64,000 nt of DNA from a virus. A program made the translations under genes and the position numbers. The DNA lies in the IMG/VR virus record IMGVR_UViG_3300045988_107889, positions 32,001 to 96,000 of that record. One strand, 5' to 3'. This document shows, piece by piece, positions 18,653 through 25,983 of this stretch (the first letter of the stretch is position 1; the number at the start of each line of letters is the position of its first letter). A model generated the notes under the pieces. The model was not told the DNA's origin. It made no database searches and saw only the letters and a list, made by a program, of their open reading frames with translations.

Positions 18653-19087
18653 ATGAAAATGTATGGCGAAAAGGATGTAGTGGAACCCAGAGAATATGTC
18701 AAGATGCACCGCGTAAGAACTCTGTGTGAACTTCAGAACAACACCATGGAACCGCTCGGATGGTTCAGCCTTCCCGGATGGTTCAAAGATCTGGTCCGGT
18801 CGGAACTATCTGGTATGGCGAAGGCTGGTAACACCGGTGCCATCTCTGGTCTGGACTACATCGCAAAGATGGAATCCAGAAAGGCGGATCGTACCGGCTG
18901 GAAGTGTGGTACTGTATCATTCTCTAGTCGCAGCCGGAAAGCCCCTATCTTCACAGACTACCTGCGGGAACGTAGAATCTCGTTCAGCGTTCATAGGTGT
19001 AGTGGTAAGGTAGTGTTCCGGCTGACTTTCCATCCATGTGAGCTGGCCGGAATCAAGTCTCAGCTGGATCGTATCGCAATGACGTAA
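18653..19087 (+). CDS. hypothetical protein
   Basis: 144 aa. SD GGGAGGG upstream. Confidence 0.7.
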   Translation: MKMYGEKDVVEPREYVKMHRVRTLCELQNNTMEPLGWFSLPGWFKDLVRSELSGMAKAGNTGAISGLDYIAKMESRKADRTGWKCGTVSFSSRSRKAPIFTDYLRERRISFSVHRCSGKVVFRLTFHPCELAGIKSQLDRIAMT

Positions 19088-19173
19088 CAGGAAACTTTTA
19101 CCTCTGGAAATTTTCCCTCTGATGGTATATTATACTTGTATTAGGTGTTTTATACAAATCAAAGAGGTATGAG

Positions 19174-19470
19174 GTGAGAGAATTGTATATTACGAACAAA
19201 AAGGGAACTATTCAGGTGGTTGTCAAACCCGTTGATATCTCGCGCGGAGATGTCAAGGTGGAAGTTGTCTCTGGCTTGGAGCACATCTACTCGGAGCTCC
19301 CGTTGTTTTTCGAGGTTAGATCCTATGTAGTAGTCCAGCACGACACTCCGCCTAATAGGTTCTCGCTTGTTATCGAGAGGGTAGAGGACGATTATAGCGA
19401 TACATGGTTTTGGGATTGTGTCTGTTTTGACGTAACCCTGGAACCGCACGAACTGGAATGGTTCAACTAA
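19174..19470 (+). CDS. hypothetical protein
   Basis: 98 aa. GTG start 7 nt after AAGAGG. Followed by a terminator. Confidence 0.55.
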   Translation: MRELYITNKKGTIQVVVKPVDISRGDVKVEVVSGLEHIYSELPLFFEVRSYVVVQHDTPPNRFSLVIERVEDDYSDTWFWDCVCFDVTLEPHELEWFN

Positions 19471-19487
19471 TACATACCTGTCTTACC

Positions 19488-19514
19488 GCCGTACCAAGTA
19501 CGGCTTTCTTTTTT
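19488..19514 (+). terminator. rho-independent terminator
   Basis: GCCGTAC-caa-GTACGGC followed by TTTCTTTTTT. Confidence 0.8.
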
Positions 19515-19541
19515 ACCATGACGGTGGTTTAATAAGTCTTC

Positions 19542-19572
19542 AACGCCCGCTATTACTTAGCGGGCGTTTTTG
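19542..19572 (+). terminator. second tandem terminator
   Basis: AACGCCCGCT-attactt-AGCGGGCGTT followed by TTTG. Confidence 0.7.
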
Positions 19573-19608
19573 TTAAGGGGCACTTCTAATAAAAAAGGAG
19601 GAACAAAC

Positions 19609-20067
19609 ATGGAAGTGAATATATGCAAAAATTGCGAGAGCTATCGCGTGGATGGTTGCTGCTACCGCACTTGTGAAAGCTGGCATAAGGCTATTGAAAG
19701 TGTGAGCGACTATTGCTTCTGTCGAGAGCGGTGCGACGGTTGCCCGCTGCATAAGTTGGGTTGCTCAGCAGGTTGGTGCGGCTATCGCAACCAGGCACTT
19801 GTCCAAGTGGCAACGGCATTGCAAAGCCAGGAAGGTCAGGAATGGTTGTCCGGTATGAAGTCCATAAGCGATCTCTATCGTGCCATGGGTATGATGACTG
19901 ATACCGAAGCGCACAACAAACACGTCGCTGAAGCAGAAGAAAAGGACGCACGGATTACGGAGGTAGCAAAGCTCCTCCAGGAATTAGGCGGTGACGCGTG
20001 TCGAGAGGCTGCCCAGTATCTTATGGAATACAAAGAGCAAAGAGAGCGGGATAGAGAGTGCTTCTAA
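19609..20067 (+). CDS. hypothetical Cys-rich protein
   Basis: The ATG at 19609 has SD AAGGAGG. 'CKNCESYRVDGCCYRTCESW...CFCRERCDGCPLHKLGC'. Confidence 0.7.
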   Translation: MEVNICKNCESYRVDGCCYRTCESWHKAIESVSDYCFCRERCDGCPLHKLGCSAGWCGYRNQALVQVATALQSQEGQEWLSGMKSISDLYRAMGMMTDTEAHNKHVAEAEEKDARITEVAKLLQELGGDACREAAQYLMEYKEQRERDRECF

Positions 20068-20130
20068 CGTTTGACCTCTGGTGGTATAGGTGCTATAATA
20101 TGGTAGCACTTACACGACAGGAGGCCAGAC

Positions 20131-20547
20131 ATGAAACTATACACGATCCGCACGAAGACCAACGAAGGCACAACCTACGATAAAGGTTATACCTCTCGTG
20201 AGTACGCTATGGAAGTCGCTGAGCTACAGGGCGAGAGTTGGGATATAATAGAAAAGGAAATCCCATACGTCTATGTCCTTGCTTACACTAAGATAGGCGA
20301 CAAAGTGGAGTGCGGAACCGTGGAAGTATATGACGGCCTTGATGGGTGTCACTCGCATATGCTGGATAGCTATAGATGTGCTGCGGAAGAAAGTAGCACA
20401 TCAGTTTTGGAAGCATGGGCGGAAGACACACAGGCATATTACAGAACAAATACCTATAGTATCAGGTGGAACATCGTTGTAAGCGATATGATCCCAGACG
20501 GGTGCAGGAAGGTAAAGCACTTGTATGGAACAGAGGCGCGGGTTTGA
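20131..20547 (+). CDS. hypothetical protein
   Basis: 138 aa. SD CAGGAGG. Confidence 0.7.
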   Translation: MKLYTIRTKTNEGTTYDKGYTSREYAMEVAELQGESWDIIEKEIPYVYVLAYTKIGDKVECGTVEVYDGLDGCHSHMLDSYRCAAEESSTSVLEAWAEDTQAYYRTNTYSIRWNIVVSDMIPDGCRKVKHLYGTEARV

Positions 20548-20580
20548 CACCCATGACTCTTAAGTTAATAAAGCCATTGC

Positions 20581-20613
20581 AAGACCGTGCTAATCAGCAC
20601 GGTCTTTTCTTAT
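20581..20613 (+). terminator. rho-independent terminator
   Basis: AAGACCGTGC-taatca-GCACGGTCTT followed by TTCTTAT. Confidence 0.7.
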
Positions 20614-20633
20614 GGGTGGAAAGGAGAATAGCC

Positions 20634-21011
20634 ATGGCAAGCATGATGGATTTGGTCGGTCGAAACGTCAAAATCGGCAAGTCTACCATCACGATTAAAG
20701 ACGGTGACAATAAGACTCGCGGAATTGTGAGAGGGGTCACCAAGCTAGGGGATGTCCAACTTAGCCAGAGTCTTGAGTTCTGGCACACGCTGAAAAAGAT
20801 TGGTGTGTATAACACACTCGGAGCAAAATGCTTCTTCGTTAAGGATGGTTTCCTGTATGCCATCCGTAGCACGAACTCGGATAAATACAGGGAGGCCATT
20901 ATGGAACGCGATGGTTTTGAAGACGACAAGAAGGTATGGGCAGAACAAGCCGAAGCATATAAGAAGCTCGAAGAGAATGGTATTCCTGTTATTGAATGCA
21001 GGGTTTTGTAA
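20634..21011 (+). CDS. hypothetical protein
   Basis: The ATG at 20634 has SD AAAGGAG. The upstream part of the ORF-track ORF spans the terminator and is unlikely to be translated. Confidence 0.7.
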   Translation: MASMMDLVGRNVKIGKSTITIKDGDNKTRGIVRGVTKLGDVQLSQSLEFWHTLKKIGVYNTLGAKCFFVKDGFLYAIRSTNSDKYREAIMERDGFEDDKKVWAEQAEAYKKLEENGIPVIECRVL

Positions 21012-21023
21012 GGAGGTATACCT

Positions 21024-21311
21024 ATGGAAGTAACAATTTACGCCAACTATGGAATGTTGGCACACGAAAAGGAAACGGTATACAGCATGAATCCAGCTGC
21101 TGTAATCTACGAAGAACTGACCGTAATTCTTCCGGATGAAATCTATGCCGGTGAGAATCACGCCGGAGAAATCCTGGTGGATTTTGATGGAAGTGGTTGT
21201 CTGTACCCGCTTAGTAGGCTGTTGTGTGACCACAACCATAATGGCCCGGCACTGGTCGTGCCTAGCACCGGAAAGCGTACTAAGTACGTTGATTTGGAAG
21301 TCGTAGTCTAA
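21024..21311 (+). CDS. hypothetical protein
   Basis: 95 aa. SD TAAGGAGG. Confidence 0.7.
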   Translation: MEVTIYANYGMLAHEKETVYSMNPAAVIYEELTVILPDEIYAGENHAGEILVDFDGSGCLYPLSRLLCDHNHNGPALVVPSTGKRTKYVDLEVVV

Positions 21312-21338
21312 GAAAGAAACAGGTAGGAGGAATTTAAA

Positions 21339-21749
21339 ATGAACGTCAAGAAAAAGTGTGTCGCTATCCTGGCAATCGTTATCGCAGCTATGGCAGTGTG
21401 GGGAATCGTCTTAACGGTGAAGTGTGCTGGTGATGATGCTACTATGGTAATTGAGCAGGAGCAGCCCGGATTTAATGATAACAAGGTTAAGCTGATTACC
21501 CACCAGCAGTACGTCAATGACGCTCTGGACCCCAACGCAATCTATATCGTAAAAGAGGATTGGATTTCCGGTGGAAATGGAGAAGGGTATGTGGAAGATT
21601 GTGACTGCGGTCATGATTACATTGCATATCGTGGGAACATTCCTGCTGGAATGGTTGTCACGTCCTACTTCGTGCTTGACAACAAGCACGAATATGAAGT
21701 CCTAGCCCGGTTTGATTACATTGGTGGTCGGTTGGTTGAAGTGCGGTAA
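21339..21749 (+). CDS. membrane-anchored hypothetical protein
   Basis: The N-terminal 'KKKCVAILAIVIAAMAVWGIVLTV' looks like a TM or signal anchor. SD TAGGAGG. Confidence 0.75.
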   Translation: MNVKKKCVAILAIVIAAMAVWGIVLTVKCAGDDATMVIEQEQPGFNDNKVKLITHQQYVNDALDPNAIYIVKEDWISGGNGEGYVEDCDCGHDYIAYRGNIPAGMVVTSYFVLDNKHEYEVLARFDYIGGRLVEVR

Positions 21750-21761
21750 GGAGGTCTCGCC

Positions 21762-22427
21762 ATGGCTAAGTATGAGTACGACAAAAGTTATCCCTTCGCT
21801 GTTTATATCACGAACCTCGGGAAGTACAACGAGGGCGAGCTTGTGGGCGAGTGGGTTCACCTCCCCACAACAGCCAAAGAAATGAAGGAGGTGTTCGAGC
21901 GTATTGGGATCGGCCAGAAGGATGACTTCGGATGCCCTTATGAGGAGTGGTTTATCACGGACTATGACTGTTATGTAACTGACCTTTGTCGGGGGTTCGG
22001 CGAATACGAAAATCTGGACGAGCTGAATTACCTGGCAGCAAGATTGGACGAGATGAGTGATCATGACTTTGAATTGTTCGAAGCGGTTATTGAGACAGGG
22101 GACTGCGGCGATTCTGTTAAAGATCTTATCAATCTCGTGGATAACCTGGATAGCTATATGGTCTTCTCTAATGTGACCAGCGACTACGACCTTGGATATT
22201 ACTACATCGAGGAAAGTGGTTGCTATGATACGGACAAGCTTGGCACGCTGGCCAGGTATATCGACTATGAAAGTTTTGGTCGAGACGTCCGGTTTGAAGA
22301 AGGAGGGTGTTTCACTTCCGCTGGATATGTTTTGCATGATGGTTCGAGCTTTACGGAATACTACGAGGGTGTCGAGGATATCCCCGATGAATATCGGGTA
22401 ATGACTTTCAAAGAGGAGGATGAATGA
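21762..22427 (+). CDS. ardA: antirestriction protein ArdA (DNA mimic)
   Basis: 'VYITNLGKYNEGELVGEWVHLP', 'EEWFITDYD' and 'YIDYESFGRD' match the ArdA (Tn916 Orf18-type) sequence pattern as recalled. The protein is strongly acidic. Confidence 0.9.
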   Translation: MAKYEYDKSYPFAVYITNLGKYNEGELVGEWVHLPTTAKEMKEVFERIGIGQKDDFGCPYEEWFITDYDCYVTDLCRGFGEYENLDELNYLAARLDEMSDHDFELFEAVIETGDCGDSVKDLINLVDNLDSYMVFSNVTSDYDLGYYYIEESGCYDTDKLGTLARYIDYESFGRDVRFEEGGCFTSAGYVLHDGSSFTEYYEGVEDIPDEYRVMTFKEEDE

Positions 22428-22687
22428 TGGAACTGCAGATTGCACTGTTGGACTTGCTGAAGCAAGAAAAAGAGCTGGTCGACGAGATCAACAAAACGGG
22501 GTACGACGCGACCTATTACGAAAAGCGGGCTAAAGAGCATAAAGCTGGCGAAACTATCTGTGATATGCAGGCCGCACTTGATGACTTCAGGAAGGCTAGA
22601 CAGCTCTTGGAGGAAGAGGTTCGTCTTCTCGGTCGGCTGAAAGATATTCGTGTCAGGATCAACAACTACTTCGAGGAAGAACTCTAA
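22424..22687 (+). CDS. hypothetical coiled-coil protein
   Basis: 87 aa. SD GAGGAGGA. Start 22424 or 22427. Confidence 0.65.
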   Translation: MMELQIALLDLLKQEKELVDEINKTGYDATYYEKRAKEHKAGETICDMQAALDDFRKARQLLEEEVRLLGRLKDIRVRINNYFEEEL

Positions 22688-22688
22688 G

Positions 22689-22853
22689 ATGAAACGTGAA
22701 TTTGTAGCGCTGATTGGAGTCGCCTTTCTGATTTCCGCAATTCCCTTCCAGCTGATGGGCTGGTCTGTTACGGCTTGGATCCTCGGCGCGATTGGTGTAG
22801 CTGCCGAATGGAAGAGCGGTTACAGAATCCACGTACATACTGAAGAAGACTAA
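22689..22853 (+). CDS. small membrane protein
   Basis: 54 aa, 'MKREFVALIGVAFLISAIPFQLMGWSVTAWILGAIGVAA', consistent with two TM segments. Confidence 0.55.
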   Translation: MKREFVALIGVAFLISAIPFQLMGWSVTAWILGAIGVAAEWKSGYRIHVHTEED

Positions 22854-22855
22854 CA

Positions 22856-22892
22856 CCGCAGCCTTGCCTTTTTCCGCTGCGGTTGTTTCTTT
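22856..22892 (+). terminator. rho-independent terminator
   Basis: CCGCAG...CTGCGG hairpin followed by TTGTTTCTTT. A second hairpin CCCTGGG..CCCAGGG sits at 22894-22920. Confidence 0.6.
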
Positions 22893-22933
22893 GCCCTGGG
22901 TAGTCGCAAGCTGCCCAGGGTAGAATTTAAACC

Positions 22934-22960
22934 CGCGAAACTCGTCTGACGAGTTTCGCG
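22934..22960. promoter_or_regulatory. 27-nt perfect palindrome (operator-like), copy 1
   Basis: CGCGAAACTCGTC-T-GACGAGTTTCGCG, immediately upstream of a promoter. A near-identical copy lies at 50512-50538. Confidence 0.6.
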
Positions 22961-22968
22961 GAAAAGGG

Positions 22969-22997
22969 TTGACGTTTGAAAAATAATCTTATATAAT
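22969..22997 (+). promoter_or_regulatory. promoter of the tRNA cluster
   Basis: TTGACG (22969-22974), 17-nt spacer 'tttgaaaaataatctta', TATAAT (22992-22997). Confidence 0.7.
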
Positions 22998-23040
22998 ATA
23001 ACCACGGTGAGCGGTTAAAAAACACAAGATTAAATTGCAT

Positions 23041-23132
23041 GGGGAGTTACCTGCGACGGCTCGCAGCGCTGTCTTGAAAACAGCTGGTACGGCTAGTAAC
23101 CGTATGGGGATCGACACCTCAGCTCCTCGCCA
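23041..23132 (+). tRNA. tRNA-Ser(UGA), class II, CCA encoded
   Basis: Hand fold. Acceptor GGGGAGT/GCTCCTC. Anticodon arm GCTGT-CTTGAAA-ACAGC. Long variable arm with TACGG/CCGTA. T arm TGGGG-ATCGACA-CCTCA. Ends GCCA. The 5-bp D stem is unusual. Confidence 0.7.
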
Positions 23133-23277
23133 CAAGACCATCAAACAGCACTTTGATAGGTCAAACTAGGCATGGTTTTGTTCACTTCCTTTCTTAAAAA
23201 ATTGTACTGTCTGTACTGTCATTGATCAAAAAATTTTTACTCCCCAAAAGCACCGGGTGCTGACGGCGCTTTTACTT

Positions 23278-23459
23278 GCCTCCGTAGCTCAGCAGGTAGA
23301 GCAGGGGCGGGCATCGAGTTTAGTTGACAACAGCGTGGGTTAAGTAGTTATGAATCAAAGGTGCGGTAAAGGCGCGGTTCAGGCTACTATATGGGCTTTA
23401 TCACTACGCTAACTCGTAATCCCGTCTCCGTGTCACCGGTTCGATTCCGGTCGGAGGCA
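23278..23459 (+). ncRNA. tRNA-like gene with a roughly 100-nt insertion in the anticodon arm (interrupted tRNA-Thr(CGU)?)
   Basis: Canonical acceptor GCCTCCG/CGGAGGC, D arm GCTC-AGCAGGTA-GAGC and T arm ACCGG-TTCGATT-CCGGT. Between them lies an 8-bp helix GGGGCGGG/CCCGTCTC enclosing about 110 nt, which ends in CTCGTAA (23413-23419). Confidence 0.55.
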
Positions 23460-23571
23460 TAGCCGCAAGCTATGATTAAGAACGTAAGTTCTGTAAGGGC
23501 GGCGTTGCTGACGTTGCTCTAGTCTTACACTCCTACTTGTGACTTGACAGCCCGGAAAGACGGGCAAACAC

Positions 23572-23648
23572 ACCAGCATAGTTTTAAATGGGAAAACAAC
23601 GGTCTCCAAAACCGTAGTTCTAGGTTCGAGTCTTAGTGCTGGTGCCAC
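23572..23648 (+). tRNA. tRNA-Trp(CCA)
   Basis: Acceptor ACCAGCA/TGCTGGT. Anticodon arm ACGGT-CTCCAAA-ACCGT. T arm CTAGG-TTCGAGT-CTTAG. Ends GCCA. Confidence 0.8.
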
Positions 23649-24053
23649 GTGCAAGTTTAATTGCACGGTGTGTAGTGTGAAAAAAGTCATATATTGCTCT
23701 ATGTATATAACCTCACGGCGTAAAAGAGGTTGACTGTCTGACCGCAGTTATTCCAGTGCAATTCTGGTTGCCGTACACGCTGCTCAAAGCGGGTGAAGAG
23801 GTGTGGCACACTCCTTCCGTGCCTCACTTATGACTTCAAGGCGGTGCAATTCCGCCTAGCAGCTCTCAATCGCTCTAGTTAACTGGTTCTGGGGCGAGGG
23901 TCAAAACCAGCAACCTAAACATTGATTGCAGACACCTGGTTAAGTACAGGCTAGGCAAGAAAGCTCTCAGGCACGGTTGGGCAACACAATCCAGCCCTAT
24001 CCTTTGGTTAGGCCGACTGATTGATAGGGCGGTTGTGGTTGCTGAACAAATAT

Positions 24054-24144
24054 CTCCCTGTAGCTAAATTGGTTATAGCTTCCAACTTATAATTGGAAGG
24101 CCCTCATAAGGTATATGGTGATTCGAATTCACCCAGGGAGACCA
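24054..24144 (+). tRNA. tRNA with anticodon UAU (nominally Ile) and a class II-like long variable arm
   Basis: Acceptor CTCCCTG/CAGGGAG. D arm GCTA-AATTGGTTA-TAGC. Anticodon arm TCCAA-CTTATAA-TTGGA. 19-nt variable region AGGCCCTCATAAGGTATAT. T arm GGTGA-TTCGAAT-TCACC. Ends ACCA. Confidence 0.65.
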
Positions 24145-24195
24145 CGATACCACGATAAAAATCTAATTCCATAAATAAGAAAGTGAGGAACTAAT

Positions 24196-24849
24196 ATGAA
24201 CAAAGAAACTATGACCGTCCATAAAGCTCTTGCGGAGCTGAAAATTTTGGACGCTAGAATTTTCAACGCCACTTCTGGCAAAACATTTGTCGCCGCGAAG
24301 AAGGTGAGCGACAAAAAGATCGGCGGTGTGTTGGTCGAAACCCTCAAGAAGGATATGAAGTCTGATTATCAGTCTGTTACGGACTTGATTGCTCGTCGGA
24401 CTGCCATTAAGAGAGCAGTTGTGCTCTCTAATGCCAAAGCTAAGGTAGTAATTGGTGGTGAGACCTATACTGTGGCAGAAGCTATTGAAATGAAGAACCA
24501 TGGCCTCATGGCAAAGAGAGACTTGCTGGATGTAATGGTTCGGCAGTATGAAAAGGCTCGTGCCGAGGTCGCCAAACACGAAGGCGAGTGGATTGAAGCG
24601 AAAGCCGAGCAATACATTATGAATTTCCTTCAGTCGCAGCCCAAAGAGGCCAAGACAACCAAGGATTCTGAGGTCGTTAAGCGGTTGAGAGAAGAGTATA
24701 TTGCCAACAATACGTATGAACTCATTGATCCGCTTGACATTGGTAATGAAATCAAGGTTTTGAGCGATTGGATTGACGCGTTTACTGCGGATGTAGATTC
24801 TCAGCTGTCTGTGTCCAATGCGACCACTACAATCACCGTAGAATACTAA
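24196..24849 (+). CDS. hypothetical coiled-coil protein embedded in the tRNA cluster
   Basis: 217 aa. SD GTGAGGA. No motif recognised with confidence. Confidence 0.7.
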   Translation: MNKETMTVHKALAELKILDARIFNATSGKTFVAAKKVSDKKIGGVLVETLKKDMKSDYQSVTDLIARRTAIKRAVVLSNAKAKVVIGGETYTVAEAIEMKNHGLMAKRDLLDVMVRQYEKARAEVAKHEGEWIEAKAEQYIMNFLQSQPKEAKTTKDSEVVKRLREEYIANNTYELIDPLDIGNEIKVLSDWIDAFTADVDSQLSVSNATTTITVEY

Positions 24850-25028
24850 AATAATCAACTTGCTGCAACCCGAAAACCTAAAACGGTAACCCATCGTGCT
24901 GACGGCACTTGGTTCGATGTAAAAATGAACAAATATGTGCCAACTACAAGGCAAACTTGAAATTTTGTGCTTGTAAAAAGATTGGGCGGTTAATCCAAAT
25001 CTCTTATAAAAAGAAGATATTTGCTGTA

Positions 25029-25190
25029 AAGCTCAAATTTCAAAGCTCGAATTTCAAAATTCAAGGCTCAAAGATCTTCAGAAGATTAAAGTTCAAGGGT
25101 CAACGTTCAATGGTTAAAGTTTTACAAAATCCTGGGTTAATGGTTTGGGTCAGTTATCAACGCCCACGGGTCAACCACCAGGCTGGGTTG
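25029..25190. repeat. degenerate short-period repeats
   Basis: GCTCAAATTTCAAA / GCTCGAATTTCAAA / ATTCAAGGCTCAAAG / GTTCAAGGGTCAACGTTCAA, followed by GGGTTAA..GGGTCA..GGGTCA..GGGTTG. Confidence 0.6.
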
Positions 25191-25205
25191 TAGCAAGTTC
25201 AATAT

Positions 25206-25290
25206 GCGGGATTGGCGGAATTGGTAGACGCATCGTGTTTAAGTCTCGATGTCGAAAGACGTAGGAGTTCGAGTCTCCTATCCCGTACCA
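25206..25290 (+). tRNA. tRNA-Leu(UAA)
   Basis: Acceptor GCGGGAT/ATCCCGT. Anticodon loop TTTAAGT. Variable arm TGTCGAAAGACGT. T arm AGGAG-TTCGAGT-CTCCT. Ends ACCA. Confidence 0.85.
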
Positions 25291-25439
25291 AAGAAAAGCC
25301 CATAGTTTGCGGACTATGACACCTGAAAAGTGGCGGTTTGCTTCTGGTAGACCGTAGTAGTGTGTTGACATCCTGGAAGAGACAGGAGTTCCCCTTTTTG
25401 ATCCCCCTTACATAGCTACCCCGCTTTGCGGGGTAGCGT

Positions 25440-25515
25440 GGCCGATTAGTTTAAATGGTAAAACGGCGGATTTGTACCCCGCAGATGTCGAGTTCGAGCC
25501 TCGCATTGGCCTCCA
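25440..25515 (+). tRNA. tRNA-Thr(UGU)
   Basis: Acceptor GGCCGAT/ATTGGCC. Anticodon loop TTTGTAC. T loop TTCGAGC. Ends TCCA. Confidence 0.8.
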
Positions 25516-25516
25516 T

Positions 25517-25590
25517 GCTACTATAGTTTAATGGTTGAACGGTTGTTTCGTAAGCAACAGGTTCCAGTTCGATTCTGGGTAGTAGCTCCA
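25517..25590 (+). tRNA. tRNA-Thr(CGU)
   Basis: Acceptor GCTACTA/TAGTAGC. Anticodon arm GTTGT-TTCGTAA-GCAAC. T arm TCCAG-TTCGATT-CTGGG. Ends TCCA. Confidence 0.85.
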
Positions 25591-25593
25591 TAT

Positions 25594-25668
25594 CTGGGTG
25601 TAGCGCAATGGAAGCGCTCCTGATTTGGGATCAGGAGGTTGTCAGTTCGAGCCTGACCACTCAGACCA
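25594..25668 (+). tRNA. tRNA-Pro(UGG)
   Basis: Acceptor CTGGGTG/CACTCAG. Anticodon arm CCTGA-TTTGGGA-TCAGG. T arm GTCAG-TTCGAGC-CTGAC. Ends ACCA. Confidence 0.85.
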
Positions 25669-25670
25669 AT

Positions 25671-25745
25671 GCAGGCGTAGTTCAACGGCTAGAACACCGG
25701 TCTTCCAAACCGGAAACGCGAGATCGGCACTCGTCGCCTGCTCCA
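25671..25745 (+). tRNA. tRNA-Gly(UCC)
   Basis: Acceptor GCAGGCG/CGCCTGC. Anticodon arm CCGGT-CTTCCAA-ACCGG. T arm GCGAG-ATCGGCA-CTCGT. Ends TCCA. Confidence 0.8.
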
Positions 25746-25851
25746 TATCAAGCAACAGAAAACGATTCTCCTACCTGTTATTGTTGATAAATCACCTCCT
25801 TTCTTTACATAGCCTGGAATGGCGTTAAACTCTGCTCTGCTTGATTTATAT

Positions 25852-25925
25852 AGCGCCGTAGCATAACGGTAATGCAACGGACTTTGACTCCGTAAACGGT
25901 AGTTCGACACTATCCGGCGCTGCCA
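25852..25925 (+). tRNA. tRNA-Gln(UUG)
   Basis: Acceptor AGCGCCG/CGGCGCT. Anticodon arm ACGGA-CTTTGAC-TCCGT. T arm GGTAG-TTCGACA-CTATC. Ends GCCA. Confidence 0.85.
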
Positions 25926-25983
25926 CGTTCGTTTTATACGGACACTTGCTTTCATTAACCGGCGGTACCACCGCCGGTAACAT

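Noticed and set aside
21702-22445. 247-aa minus-strand ORF
   Set aside because: It is the exact antisense of the clearly recognisable ardA gene, so it is a mirror-frame artefact.
22934-23020. Repeated 90-nt module (also at 50512-50600) as a CRISPR-like or terminal repeat
   Set aside because: There are only two copies, each with clear -35/-10 hexamers and a palindrome. There is no spacer-repeat periodicity. It is interpreted as a duplicated promoter/operator.
23649-24053. tmRNA, RNase P RNA or a group I intron in the tRNA-cluster spacer
   Set aside because: I could not find the tmRNA tRNA-like 3' end (GGTTCGA...CCACCA), a tag ORF, or the group I R/S cores present in the three real introns. 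The region is left unassigned.
24163-24954. 263-aa minus-strand ORF in the tRNA cluster
   Set aside because: It is antisense to the SD-preceded plus-strand ORF 24196-24849 and overlaps the end of a tRNA. All surrounding transcription signals are on the plus strand.
24909-25193. 94-aa K-rich ORF
   Set aside because: It coincides with the degenerate TTCAAA/GGGTTA repeats and has no SD. Its composition is driven by the repeat.
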